Source of the DNA: Octopus sinensis | Taxonomy: Eukaryota | Reading direction: 5' to 3' | Length of the DNA stretch: 64,000 bases | Assembly: GCF_006345805.1 (NCBI RefSeq) | Contig: NC_042998.1 | Location: 76,880,001-76,944,000 of the forward strand | In this document: piece by piece, positions 43,505 to 57,820 of the stretch | Position numbering within the stretch: the stretch's first letter is position 1 | Layout: each line of letters starts with the position of its first letter | Notes under the pieces: model-generated | The model's database searches: none | What the model saw: only the letters and a program-made list of their open reading frames with translations | Told to the model about the DNA's origin: nothing | Translations under genes and position numbers: made by a program

Positions 43505-43642
43505 GTAGGTATAGAGTTCGAATAGTGTATTCACATTCGGCCTTGTAAATTTTGGAAGTGTTGGTTGGATATCTGTTGCATGATGACGCTTGAGTGTGTG
43601 CATATTTAGCCCTAGAACTTTCACATTTTATAAATTGGAAAT

Positions 43643-43705
43643 ATTATACTGAAGAGAGAAGTAAGTAAAATTTAAATCACTTTAATCTCGAAACGCGTAT
43701 ATAAT
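43643..43705 (+). ncRNA. Type I hammerhead ribozyme with intact core, in a pLTR-like unit (~43505-43990)
   Basis: attata-CTGAAGA-GAGA..TCTC-GAAA-cgcg-TA-tataat; 6-bp stem I, GUA triplet. The downstream tail 'ctatttctaaattcggtatgtggtgaagcaat' matches ~53884-53916. Confidence 0.85.
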
Positions 43706-43989
43706 TAATCCTGATCGTTTTGATACATTGTTTTTCTCTTTGCCTTCGTAAAAAAGTATGTTTACCATCATGGAGATTCTTGTAGTAGCAGAAAAAGAAA
43801 TTTGACTCCTATTTCTAAATTCGGTATGTGGTGAAGCAATTAGCTGGCCCCTAATTATAATTATGTTTATAATTACAGAATATTTGTATAATTTTATCTA
43901 TAAAGGTTATTTTAACGTGCTGATCTACTTGGTAACATTATTAATTAATTAATTTGATTAATAAATCTTACCCGTCTATTATTAATTTG

Positions 43990-44047
<58 letters not shown>

Positions 44048-44511
44048 ATACATACATACATGCGTGTGCGTGTGCGTGCGCGCGTGTATGTGCGTGTGTC
44101 TGCGTGTGTGTGTATATATAATAGATATCTAAGTGAACGATCATGTATGTGTATGTATGGGCTGATTCTTAAGGGTCAGTTAAGGTTAATCGCATGTGTA
44201 ACCAACAATGATGAACAAATCAACAGTACACAGAAATCAAATGCCAATCCCTTTAAAACGGTAACCACTTTAACAGTAGCAGAATCACCATACAACCATA
44301 TCTACACGTTCAAAGCAGCTTGCCAACGATCCTTCAGCAACACATTTTTGATAAACTCAGTGACTACTACTAACTCCAGGCCACGACAGACAGAGAGGAT
44401 ATTCTTGATGCCGAGAATTTGAATTTACGGAGACAATATTTATATATCGCCTGAGGAAACACAACCAGATCTCATAAAGAAGGGAAACGGTTGCATAATG
44501 AAGTACCTGCG

Positions 44512-44549
44512 CACCTGGAGGACTACGTTGCGTAGAAACAATTGTTGTG
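44512..44549 (+). ncRNA. Hammerhead-like motif with one extra core base
   Basis: cac-CTG(G)AGGA-c-tacg-ttg-cgta-GAAA-caattg-TT-gtg; same stem I/III design as 61485-61527. Confidence 0.6.
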
Positions 44550-44769
44550 ATTGAAAATAAATGTTCAGCCGTACTCCTTCTTGTTGACTCCAATTTTTTT
44601 CAATTACCTATTCACACACGACAGAAGCCCAAACGTAAACCTAGAAGCACGTATAATACTACTACTGGATAGTACAGGGTGAAATCTGAAGGTGGACGAG
44701 CTTTATACTGTACTCTTCCACGTTCTTAACAGAATATAACTTAGCTCTCTGGATCTTTCCTTCTCCTAT

Positions 44770-44804
44770 GTCTCCGACGAAGAGCTACGCTCGAAACGTT
44801 AAAC
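44770..44804 (+). ncRNA. Hammerhead-like motif (U4C) in a pLTR-like unit ending in (TA)n at ~44905
   Basis: gtct-CCGACGA-a-GAGC-tac-GCTC-GAAA-cg-TT-aaac. Confidence 0.6.
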
Positions 44805-47032
44805 CCTCCTTCTTTCCTTCTTTCCTGAGCGTCCAATAATACTATATCTGTTCCACGTCCTCGCGTTGTTGTGTTTTTTGTGCTTTCTTGTTTGGATTAA
44901 CTTTATATATATATAAATCACTACGTAATTAGTAATACCTGCTTCCTGTTCGAATGTAGATGAAATTGCAAATTATCTATACAAGACCATACTAATAAAT
45001 GTATGATACAAGACCATACTAATAAATGGAGTGATATATAATATAACCAGTAGACTGACAATCATAGTAAAGAAATTATTATATAAAATAGAATAATAGC
45101 ATTATCCTCCAAGATATTAGTCGGAATAAGAGACAGGTGAATCTGACATAGCGGTGGTAGGAGAATTTCAATAGTGACAGAAAAACCTAAGAGCGAGGAC
45201 ATGTGTCAGTCTGAAGTTAGTGAATGAGTTAGAGAATGACAGCATGCTAATCAGACAGGTTTTGTTAATTTGGATATTATGTAAGATGCTTGTGATTTTA
45301 GTAGCAGCATTGATTGGTGCTACTTTCTATAACACACTCGGAATATTTGAAGAAACAAAATTAGGTAGCAATAGTGTGTTCCATTCTTCCTGCATAATTC
45401 CTTATACAAATGTAATTTACTATGGCCTCCGTCGACCTATACCATGCTTAATGAATGAGTCATGTAGATTTAAAGCGCCGGGTGGATTGTATTTGTAAAT
45501 TAAAAGAGTTACAATTTTACCACACACTTTGTGACACTGATTCTGCTTGCGAATTACATTAGTAGCACAGGGCTCAACCATTTATATACATTAATTCAAG
45601 GGCAAGTAGTTCCGTTGATCGAACAACTGTATACTCATTGTCGAACAAGAGAAGTACAGCACCAACACCACTCTAATTCATTCATTAATTTCATTCATTC
45701 ATTCTTTCATTCATTCATTCATTCACTTATTCATGTGTTCATACTTACAAACATGCATACACACATATATAGGTACACGTAAGAACAGATTTGCATAGAA
45801 GACGACAACAACTAGATTTCCAACATATGTATTTATTTTTGCATTGAAGATTGAAATAGAAGAAGGCAGATGCTGGTTGTAAGGCTTACAGTCATGCTGT
45901 GTGAACATTATCGCCTTAGTCAGTTCCCCGAGATAATTTCATAAATAAGCGAGAGGTTATAGGGGGTCAAAGAAGACTTTTCCGTCGCACTGATTTACAT
46001 TCACTACAGTAGGAATATCGATTTAGATGAAGATCTAGACGCATTTCCTTTTTCTTTTCTCATTTCTGCATTCCAGGCGAACGACGCTTATGGATTTAAG
46101 TAAATGATATAACATGTAGAAAACTTGTACTGAAGATGCTGGCTACTGAGTAGAGCAGCACCCTCAGAAGACAAATGTTTGACCTGAATACTCTCATACA
46201 TACATACATACATACATACATACATACATACATACATACATACATACATACATACATACATACATGCATGCATACATACATACAAACACACACACACTCA
46301 CAGACATATGTTCAATTAGCCATGCAAATATGATTATTTAACACCTATTTGAACGTAGTGTTAGATTTAAATAGACTGCTTATATTGGATCAGTTGTTAT
46401 TGTTAAGAACCCCTTCAGTTGAGACCCTGTCTATGCCCATAAATTAGTCTATACTTATGTTTATAAATATTGTAATCGTAAGTCATATTTCCTTCGAAGC
46501 AGTAACTAAAATTTCTTGTTTCAGTTAAACTTGTATCCGATACTGGTATCTCTCACCGGTTGAAGCGTAAACAATTACTTCGTTGTATATAGAAGTATAG
46601 GCCGATTTAAAATTCATTGTTATATTCCCAGTCGAGAGTTGGTCAAAATGCTTATTCGTTTCATGGCGTACTAAGATGTACTACAACCTGAATTCTCCAT
46701 GTGACGACACATATGTACCTGTAAAAATATTGGTTGCATTATAAACGATTGTTGCATTTTCTAAAATTTTCGGCCTTTCATTGTCACATTTTTTGCTATA
46801 TATTATTGAGAATCGTCTTCCACATCAAATTACGTTCTCGTCTTTGACAGGATGCGTAGAATGCATAAATACTATTTAGAGAAAATATACGTTTACAAAA
46901 CAACAGCAGTGAAAGAATATAACCACTATAAAATTAAACTTACAACAAGCATACACCTTAGCTTCCTTGACATGTATCTCATAATTACTTCTCTATCTAC
47001 TCTTCCCCACTTACATCTTTATATATATATAT

Positions 47033-47082
<50 letters not shown>

Positions 47083-47083
47083 A

Positions 47084-47132
<49 letters not shown>

Positions 47133-47488
47133 CATGTATGTACCCATATTCTCGTATATATTCTATCGATTTTGCTTGTTCAGTAGTCGTGAAAGGTCAA
47201 AATCTAACCTTCACAAATTTATTTGGAAGCAGTGTCATCTGTTTACAAAGAAGTTGATTTCCCACCCAGCCCCGATGTGCCGCTGTTTCTGTCATCAATT
47301 TTTGATAACTGACGTTAATATAGTATATATATGACAATGATACGCACATGCATATAGGTACACATATGAGACATGGGTGATATAACTCTAACACACGCAC
47401 ATACAGGTACGTAAATACGAATACACAAACACTGATATAGTGTGTGTGTGTGTGTGTACACTAATATAAAATTCCCACGCGCACGCAT

Positions 47489-47532
<44 letters not shown>

Positions 47533-47864
47533 ACATACATACACTCATTTAATAGTTTCTGCGTGTTTCTGTGTTTGTGTCAACGTTTATCGGGGTAACA
47601 AAATTAGATGTGTTTTGTGCTTGATGTGTGCTTCAATGTGCGTTTATATACGTGTGTGTATATGTGTGTGTGTTTGTTTATATATGTATATTTATGTGTG
47701 TGTGTGTGTGTGAATATATATATTATGAATTGGTGTTATATACATATGTATGTATGCATATACACACACAGACAGACGCGCGTGCACACATATACATACG
47801 TACATACATACATATATACATACATACATACATACATACATACATACATACATTCTTCATTCTT

Positions 47865-48117
47865 TTCTTTTATTTGTTTCAGTCATTTGACTGCGGCCAT
47901 GCTGGAGCACCACCTTGAAGGGTTTTAGTCGTACAAATCGATCCCAAGACTTATTTTTGAAAGCGTAGTACTTATTCTATCGGGTTATTTTGTGGAATCG
48001 GTATGTTACAGGAACGTAAACTCACCAACGGCAGTTGTCAAGTAGTGATGGGGAAGCGGACCTCAAACATAGACACAAAAGCACACGCACGGATGCACGC
48101 ACGCACGCACGCACGCA

Positions 48118-48190
<73 letters not shown>

Positions 48191-48345
48191 GACAAGGTTC
48201 CTCAGTTTCCGACTTCGAAATCGACTCAAAAAGTATTGGTCGGCCCCAGGCTATAATAGAAGACACGTGCCCAAGTTGCCACACAGTGAGGCTGAACCCG
48301 GAACCATGTGGTTGGGATGCAAACTTCTTACCTCATAGCCGTGAC
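47865..48345 (-). mobile_element. tRNA-derived SINE with internal (TG)n and a CR1-like tail
   Basis: Tail reads 'tttcagtcatttgactgcggccatgctggagcacc' on the + strand; head 'ctgaacccggaaccatgtggttggg'. Confidence 0.8.
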
Positions 48346-48561
48346 TTACGAACAAGTATGATTTGGCAACATATATCACAATTTCATTGCTTTAGGTACC
48401 AACATAATAATTTCAACAATCTGTTTCCCACCCCTCTCCAGAAGTTTTGGCCTTGTGTCAAAATTTGAAACCAATATTAATAATCGCACATCAATGTTTT
48501 ATTCACAGCATAAGTAACTTGTGGAGTAACACGTGGCTACACCCAAAACAGCATAAAATAG

Positions 48562-48600
<39 letters not shown>

Positions 48601-49075
48601 TAAACGCGATTTAGCTTTTCAACGTGACACAAATTTAATGTGCGTTAGTAAGCATTCAATATGCAATGATTCCAGAAAACCGCAGTATTTCTATATATTT
48701 TACTACTATTGTATTATTGTATATTTTATGATATTCATCATTATCAAAATCCGTAAAGTAAGGGGTCTGTAGGTACACTGGCCGAAATGCATGTCTACTG
48801 CGCAACCATTTCTCCACCTATCATAGAATAAAGAAAAGCAAAGAGCAATAATTCTAAAGCCGCTGCTGATGCTATTTGAACATCAGACCTTGAACTAAGT
48901 GTAATATTATGCTTTTTACTGTTTCTAACTCCTTAATCATATTATTCAATAAAACCTGGTAGTATTTAGAATGAAGCTAAATGTCAAGGTTCAGTAAAGG
49001 ACGTTTTAAACAGGTGCTCCCGTACATATACGCATATCCATCCATCCATCCATCCATCCATCCATCCATCCTTAC

Positions 49076-49106
<31 letters not shown>

Positions 49107-49174
49107 CATACATACATACATACATACATACATACATACGTGCTTGCGTGCGTGCATGCATACGTGTATTTGTC

Positions 49175-49211
<37 letters not shown>

Positions 49212-52200
49212 ATATATATATATATATATACGTATACATATACATATATATACATACACACGGAACAAATACACACATATATGCACAATTGTATACACAT
49301 GTCATTGACAGTTCTTATAAAGTTATTTTTCGGGGCGTGGCAAAGGAAGCAAAACCCGCCCTTATTTTAGGGACACTCCTTAATATTGGCTATCTGTCAT
49401 TTGCATCCACAAGGCATTCAATTCTATGGCCTCTGTTCACCTTCATTGTGGTCACAGTAAATAGTTTTGCCGTGGAAGCAGAAGTATGAGAATATCAATA
49501 CGTATAAAGAGGAGCAATGGCAAAATTGAGGAAGTAGCTTATATTGATGATTTGGCGCAGGTAGCTTTCAAAGAGTTGGTGGAGGGGGGGGGGTAAATCT
49601 CTTAATATTTAGCAATTTCTTTTTATCCATAGCAATTTTTTTCATATAATCAATACACGTTGTTTTGTTTAGTCTTAGATCAATGTTGGTCTTGAGGCAT
49701 GTGAGATTACATAGTTCATAAGGTTATTTTCTTGCTTCGAATGGTTGTATGAATTTTGAAGTATTTGACTGCGATTTCAAGCGTGTCTAGTGACTACTAT
49801 CTCGTGTTTCATTATTTCTTAGCTCTTCGTTGAGCTTTTCATGTACATTAGTGTATTATTGGTCAGTAGAATAATTGGAATATTACACAAGCTTTCTTGT
49901 CCCTGTATATTTGCTTCGTTCTGTTTTGGAGTCAACTATGTGTGTTATCTTAAATCTACCATGAGCCCCAAGATTCATAAGGCCTTAGCTTAATCCGCCT
50001 CTATATAAATGGGATTGTATAAGTGACAGATTACAACACTCCTTACTAAAAGTACACGTTGTTGCAGAATTAATTTCCCAGCAACACACAACCCAAGTAC
50101 CAAAACCAGGTACGTTCGTGAGTACAACATCCTGATATCTAGGCAACGTTCCTTCACTATGTGTATCGTCTATCAATCAGGAAAAGGAGAAGATTTAATT
50201 TAAGTGTTTTTCGTTTCCTCTGGTCTGGTGATTATTTAGCAAAACTTAACAAATGAATTGATTTTAACGAATAAACCAGAGCATATGTAAACAGAGTATA
50301 CATAACTATAAAGACACCGCAAATTCATATACACACAACTCGCCTTAACTCGCTCTTACTTTTTGATAAATATTAATAGTGATGTATTGCGTAAAAATAT
50401 TTTATGTTGGTGACTAGATTGCGACAGCTGTATAGGTTAAAGAACGATAGTTGAGTAATAGCTAAAGGTTGAAAGAAACGGGTTGTTTGTGCAAAGTTTA
50501 AATATGCTACAGCGTTTACATAGGTTTGTTCAAGGCGTGTGAATGAAAGATATTACTGTCCTATGTATGCTAATCTTGCCTTGCAATTCGGAAGTTCACT
50601 TCCCCCCTTCTAGTACCCTAATAATAACTGTTAAACATGTATATAAAAGGGACGTACTCACTCACGTCTGAAAACGAAGAGAACTTAATGCATTAATATT
50701 TCTGTAACGTACATTCTTTACGGAAGACCAACATCACCAAAAATCCCAGCATAGTGGAACTCCTTTTTGCCCTCAATTGATTCTGTTCCTTCATAGATAC
50801 CTTTTAGTAAACCATAGCCTATTGTTTGGTTCATGACGTAACATGAACCTATATTTTGCCATGCATGCTAATCTTACCCTTTGACAATCATCTGATCTTA
50901 AAAGATATCCAAGGAAATAAAGTCTTTCGTTATTGACATATCGGCATGTGTCGGGATGTGCTTATGTGCTTGTGCATGCGTGTATACATGCATGAATATA
51001 CATGTTTATACAGCTATTCATTACCATTGCATACATTTCAATGCCTGCCCACATGTATTGTCTTTATTATAAATATGCTGTTCTGTGCAACTAGAATTAT
51101 TTATGGGAAGAGTGCAAACATTTTTTACAATTCTGAGTAGTGAAATACGATATATTTTGAATTTTATACAAAATATGTAACAATCAACACTACTGGGATT
51201 TGGGGATAGAGCTTTTGTTCCACTATTTTAAAGTATAATAGATGAACCAGAAAGGAAACATCATCGCGCAGATGATGTACTGAAGGACAAAGAAACACAA
51301 GCAAACTGGCCTTCACGAAGCCTTGAATGAAAAGAATTACTGCTAGAGACAATTCCAATAAAGATTACTTTATGCCGATGCAATACATCCATAGTTTTGC
51401 TTGATTCTGCCGCTTTAGTAATTTGTTAATATTTTTTTTATTAATTATAAATTTATATTTTTAATCTGAGGTCCTATTTGTCTTAGTTAAACAATTACCC
51501 CTCTCTCAGAAAAATGCTTTCATCGTTTAAAATAACACATTCAATGAACAGATAATGGCAGTGTAATGTAATCGATAATATAATATTATATAATGAGCAA
51601 AAGTATGCTAAATTACCTTTTCTAGAGTAACTTGTATGATTTAGATATAAAGCTGTGCAATTTGACTTATCACAAATCTGAATTACACAAGGTTCTGCAC
51701 AACATATCTGCAATAATCATTAAACATATCGTTCTGCTCAAGAATGAGGTGAAGAGAGAATATATCAGTCTGTGTGCCTCAGTTACACGAATAAAAACAC
51801 CGGACTATCATGTAGTTCTCTATTTTAAACTCACTCGAGCAGATGGTGCTTAAGTGTTCATATGCAATAACAATCATCTAAATGGTTAACATTTTTAATT
51901 TCTTCGATTAATATAATTAAAATTATAAATAACCACCAACAAAATGTCTTCTTTTCTTTCAAAAAGCAGTATTAACAAGTTTCATACTAAAGTTTTTCAG
52001 TCAATTGAAATGGTTCCACTCTATTGGCCATTGAAACAAATCCGTATGCATAATTGAAACTAGAATCTGATATTTATAATAATGATATTTCTGTTCGTAA
52101 TTTCGGCATCCTTGACGCATCACCAGAACAACAAGCATAAAAATCTATTCCCAGGCTTGCTACTGTTATTCAACTAAATCAACCGGTATATCTTATTTTC

Positions 52201-53284
52201 CTCTGCGGAATATTTGTGAAACATATGCATTCTTTCGATTCATTTTAGCTAATTTATTTGGATTTCATTCATTACGACTGCACGTATTGTTCTAAGGAGT
52301 ATTAAAGGGGTAAATGCATGAATTCTAACAGAAGGATTTAATACATGGAAGAAACCTCTTCAGTGTTTTGAGTTATCCCTCAATTATTCAGCTGCAATTG
52401 CAACCATTGTTGGATGAACCTGCGACAAATGTGCAAACAAATCGTAAATGCGTAAGTTTCTTTTAGATCATTTTGTTTTCCAAATGCAGGCAAAAATGTG
52501 TGCATTTAGAATTGAATAGTGAAGTTCTGCATCAAATGTACAAGTTTGATTTATTATCAGGATTAACTCTTGCTCAGCTCTTGAGATCGCATTGAAAAAG
52601 ATTTTCCATGTGAATGTAGGAAGCTAAAATATAGTCAATACATGAATAACAGAAATTACTAAAATTGTTCTTAATTATATTAAAAATGAAGAATAAGTTG
52701 CTATCTTTAATACGATATTGCCCAGAAGCCAGGAAAAGATTATTTCAACTAAGAACCTGTATTAAGACGGAAGTGAATGGGAAAACGAAATCGCATGAAA
52801 GGATGGTACATTTCTTTCAAAAAACGATACCATGACACATTTATATACATATATCACTAGAAACAGTGATATATATATATATATATAAAGCTAAATTATT
52901 CTCTTCAATAAACACTTTCATCAGGTGAGTTATTTGTAGTCATGGCAGGAAATATTACTTCTGTCATTGGTTGATTAGCATTCTATTACACATAGGTTTC
53001 AAATTTTATTCAACGCCATCTAAGCATCCCAGTCTTTAAATATTACGATGACAAAGAAATGTATCATTTTCGTGCCTTTGTTTATGGCCAATTTATTTTC
53101 AATTACGATGTGAATATTATATGTATACAGGTAAATCTAAAAGCATGGAGTTTAGCAAATATTTGCACTATACTTACTGCGTGCTTCAACTAATGTTTAT
53201 TAGATTTTTCGCTCATAAAAGCATATACATAACTTACGCACGCACACGTATGTATAATACATATGTATTATGTATATATGTATG

Positions 53285-53403
<119 letters not shown>

Positions 53404-53422
53404 CACACCACACACACACACA

Positions 53423-53499
<77 letters not shown>

Positions 53500-53504
<5 letters not shown>

Positions 53505-54046
53505 CTTAATAAATAGGTTCAGCAAAGATTTGCTTTACCACATACCGAAGTTTAGAAATAGCAGCCAAAGACCATTAGCTATTTCCTCTACTGTTTGATA
53601 CCGTTAGGTGGAGATATATGTTCAATTATTCCAGTACCTTCGAATTTAATATTTCAATGTTTAATTATTGATGGGGTCCTATGCTGATGAGGAAAACGGT
53701 TGGTAAAGTATAATTCTATATTCTTTATTCCAATCTCATTCTGAAACGCGCGTCCATAGGTGACCAGATATTGGTTGATTTTCGTTACCTTTCCTCTCTG
53801 CCTGTGTGGATTGTTTTCAAGTATTTTGATTTTTCTGGGAGTCCCTTTTTAAAGTAGAAGAAATAGCTAACAGTTTTTAGCTGCTATTTCTAAACTTCGG
53901 TATGTGGTAAAGCAAATCTTTGCTGAACCCTATTTATTAAGTATTACTTAAGTTTACCATGAAATGGTCCTTTTTTTCATGCCGAATTCTACTTGGTGAA
54001 ATTATTGATTACTTCTTAATTAATTAATTTTACCCTTTGTTATTAT

Positions 54047-54050
<4 letters not shown>
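53500..54050 (+). mobile_element. Non-autonomous Penelope-like pLTR unit with an inverted partial tail, flanked by (TA)n
   Basis: ~93-bp inverted repeats at 53500-53592 and 53853-53946 enclose a hammerhead; (TA)n on both sides. Confidence 0.75.
53678..53760 (+). ncRNA. Type I hammerhead ribozyme with canonical core and GUC site
   Basis: cctatg-CTGATGA-(52-nt stem II region)-GAAA-cgcgcg-TC-catagg; perfect 6-bp stem I. Confidence 0.88.
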
Positions 54051-54106
<56 letters not shown>

Positions 54107-54119
54107 TATATATATGAAC

Positions 54120-54700
54120 AGTAATATTCGACAGCATTAGTCTTTGTACATATCTATATGTTTCTTCAGGGGGATTTTTTATGGGGATTATTCTCTTCTA
54201 TGGCTTTGGAAGTTGTTGCGGTCTTAGTGTTCCCTCTTCTAGAGAGTGTCAACCCAGTTTGGCAAAAATAAGGTTCTTGGCAGCATTTATATGTTAGGAT
54301 ATATTCTAAATATGCCTTGCAATACGAAAAAATAATTCTTATATAGAAAATAAGAATTTTTTTGAAGTGAAGTTACAAATAACAACAGCATACTCCGCAG
54401 TTCAGTAGGTTAAATGTATTGATAATATATCTGTAGGTTTTGAATATAGCTTTGTACTTGCCACTATATTTTTCAGGATTTTGCTTCTCTTTTTCTGCTG
54501 ATAGTTCGATATTTTTCTTTAATTTCTTTTCACCTTTTAGACTGGTTTGCCGAGTGTTTGCAAAGGTTTTCGCGTAATAAAACATATTTGACTGTTTTTG
54601 TTGTAGAATGTCTTTTGCCAATTACAGTATGACATTTAGTGATAGAGTTTTTAGTGAACTAAAAACATTTTGTGCATTTTCGAATTTTAATTTACCTATA
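54120..54700 (-). pseudogene. Highly decayed Penelope-like GIY-YIG region
   Basis: The minus frame at ~54235-54305 reads YILTYKCCQEPYFCQTGLTLSRR, resembling IY.I.C..C...YIGQTG.TL..R. Confidence 0.45.
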
Positions 54701-54884
54701 TGCTGTAAGCTGTGTGAATATTTTACTTTCAGCATTAAATACGTTCATACATACACATATACGTGCTCTTACAATGGCAATCACGCACGCACGCAGGCGC
54801 CCACACGCACACACATGCACGTGTGTATAACGTATATATGTATGTTATGTCATTATGCATATATATAACTAGCAATATTTTCTT

Positions 54885-55257
54885 TTATTATTTTATTTGT
54901 TCCAGTCATTTGACTGCGGCCATGCTGGAGCACCGCCTTTAGTCGAGCAAATCGACCCCAGGACTTATTCTTTGTAAGCCTAGTATTTATTCTATCGGTC
55001 TCTCTGACGAACCGCTAAGTGACGGGGACGTAAACACATCAGAATCGGTTGTCAAGCGATGTTAGTGGGGGGGGGGACACAAATACAGACATAGAAACAT
55101 ATATATATATATATATATATATGCGATGGGCTTATTTCAGTCTCCACTCACAAGGCTTTGGTCGGCCCGAGGCTATAGTAGAAGACACTTGCCCAAGGTG
55201 TCACGCTGTGGGACTGAACCCAGAACCATGTAGTTGATAAACAAGCTACTTACCACA
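54885..55257 (-). mobile_element. tRNA-derived SINE with a CR1-like tail
   Basis: Head 'tgtggtaagtagcttg...gggttcagtcccac' and tail 'ggcggtgctccagcatggccgcagtcaaatgactggaac'. Confidence 0.85.
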
Positions 55258-55267
55258 GAAGGATACG

Positions 55268-55304
<37 letters not shown>

Positions 55305-55899
55305 ATTGGAAAATGTGTTAAATCCTTAGTAGAGTTAGGTATATTTGAAAAATGAAAGGATTGACTTCACTGATAGTTCTAATGAATATAATTTTTTAGT
55401 AATATAATTTTGCAGTTGGGTTTGTTAATCTTGTATGTTCTTTGCTAACATTGGTGGGGAGATTTTTTTAAAGATTACTTGTTTACTTTTCTGGAGAAAT
55501 GTCTTACAATTGTCGGTGGGGATTGTCAAACTGATCTCAGATTGTGTTGTGCTGTATGATTCTATGTATAAGAGATATAGGTGTATCTGGGGTACATATA
55601 CTTGTATATACACAAGCAAAGACATAAAATACATTCATGCGCAAACACAAAACCATACAATTATACACATACATACATACCCAGATGCGAATATATATAT
55701 ACATATGTGCATATATAAGCATACATATACATATACATAAAATACCCATATATATATATATATATATATATACATATGTATATTTATACACATACAGATA
55801 CATACATATATATATATATAGACACATACATATAAAAAACACATGAGCACAAGTGCATAAGCATGTCCACAAAGGCATACATACATACATGCACACGCA

Positions 55900-56687
55900 G
55901 AAAATTTAAGATAGAACGGTTCATTTTCATAATTATATAAGACCCATCAAAGCATAAAAGGCACGTTCTATTTCTAATCCTATAAGAAACAACGTTCCAA
56001 GGAATTGAGAAATTTATGTTGTCTCTTTTAATTTGCCATTCCTTTTTGGATAAGCCAGTACTACTTTCTTTCCGAGGATCATTAAAAGATGATTTATGAT
56101 TATTCAAATGTAATTTAAGAGGGGTCTGCGTGCAACCTATATAATGAAGTCTAGAGAGATCATGTAATGTAATAGTAGCTTAATATACAACATTTTTCAT
56201 TTTACAATTACCTTTAACCTCACAGGTGTTAGGTTTTCTACAGTTACAATTGTTACTAATATTAGACGTACTATTGTTATGTGTATGTGCGTTGATAGAG
56301 GAAAAGTTTGTGTGAGTATGGGAATTGTTGGTAGAAGTTACAGAGCTATTTGAATAATTGGGGTTAGTATAAGTAGTAAAGGAGGTTAAATTCTTGTAGT
56401 AAAGATTTGTTTTTCTATTGTTAAAGGAAGAAATAATCCTAAATAAGTTAGGAGAAACAGAAAAGCCAAATCTAATCATTCTGTTATTGAATATCCCAGC
56501 ATACCTAGATTTACTAAAATTTGATTTAATAATATAACAGATGGACTTTATAAAATTAGACTTCAAATGTTTAGCAAAAGGAAATATAATCCAAATTATG
56601 TTATTATTGTGTTTCTTATTGGTATCGTGGTTTTTATTAGACGAGTCACCCATTCGAATAAAAGGTATAGGTTTCTTCTAACATAGA

Positions 56688-56734
<47 letters not shown>

Positions 56735-57490
56735 GGAAAATATGGGACATCATTAAAGTTGGTTATGTGGTTGTGTGGGGAAGTAAGTGTATATGAAAAA
56801 ATAAGAGATTTTTTTGTGAAAAGACATAGCTTTGTGTTACTATTTCCGGCTATCCTTAAATCCTTAAAAATGTTTTAGCCCGAAGGCCGCGGCCATGCTG
56901 GGGCACCACCGCTATGTTAATGTTTTTCTCGTAATGGCTGCCTGTGACATTACAATTATCTATCATATTAGAAATATAGGTATTAGTAGAAATGTGGTTA
57001 GTAAAAGTCTTGTTATTTGGTTCATAGTTGTTAAATCTTTTTTTATGGTGGAGTTATATTTACAAATATACTTCATAGAGTTAAGTTGTATGCCAGGATG
57101 TTCCAATTCATGATGGTGTGTAGAGCTTGTGGTGTGTTTATTGAAATGCATATTCATATACCTGTTGTTATGATTGGAAAATTCATTGTTAATTCATACT
57201 TAATTTGATATTTATAACCAGCGTTCCTAAGAGCCAGATTGTAATAGTCTTATGCTTATTAAAAATTTCTTCATTTGAGAATAATGAGTTAATTCTATTT
57301 TCAATGTTATAAGGTATGTTATCAAGAATATTAGAAATCTGATTGCTCTGCGCATGTATATAAGTAATATTGCTATTAGGTTTATGGCATGGTTGGTAAG
57401 CGGGAGTAGTGAGGTTAAAGTTTGCATCCAAAAAGTTAACAGAAGTGTGATCCTGCTCGATGGTGATGGTAAGTCGATGACTTTTGAAAA
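55900..57490 (-). mobile_element. Penelope-like element relic: RT thumb, linker and GIY-YIG endonuclease
   Basis: VNFLDANF...KPNSNITYIHAQSN...IPYNIENRI; CNCR...C...GNC...NVVY; YIG at 56135-56143; NNHKSSF...TGLSK..W.IK...W...CLLC. Confidence 0.85.
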
Positions 57491-57721
57491 ATTTATGTTA
57501 TAGTTTACTGCACATATAGACGTGCATACACATTGATATGTCTGTCTTTTTTCTCTTTCGTCTCTCTCACTATTATTATTACAGTTATTTTTCCCCCTTT
57601 TACAACTTGCTTGTAAATATCCGATTTTTCCCTTTTACCCCTTCTGTATTCTTCCTTATTGTATCTTATTTTATTTACTTTATTTTATTAAACCTTTTTT
57701 GATGGCCTTCCAATAATTCTT

Positions 57722-57820
57722 CACACTGATGAGAATGACAATGCATAAATTTAATTATAATTACTATGATAATATTTTTTTCTTACGTATTTATATTGTC
57801 CTTTGAAACGCGCGTATGTA
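57722..57820 (+). ncRNA. Type I hammerhead ribozyme with a long stem II, in the inverted pLTR at the 5' end of the adjacent PLE
   Basis: caca-CTGATGA-gaat-gacaat..ataaat...atttat-attgtc-cttt-GAAA-cgcgcg-TA-tgta. Confidence 0.78.

Noticed and set aside
44448-44496. CTGAGGA...GAAACGGTT as a further hammerhead
   Set aside because: Stem II does not pair and stem I is only 2 bp.
54120-54172. Minus-strand CTGAAGA at the end of the decayed PLE
   Set aside because: A hairpin follows, but there is no GAAA, stem III or stem I.
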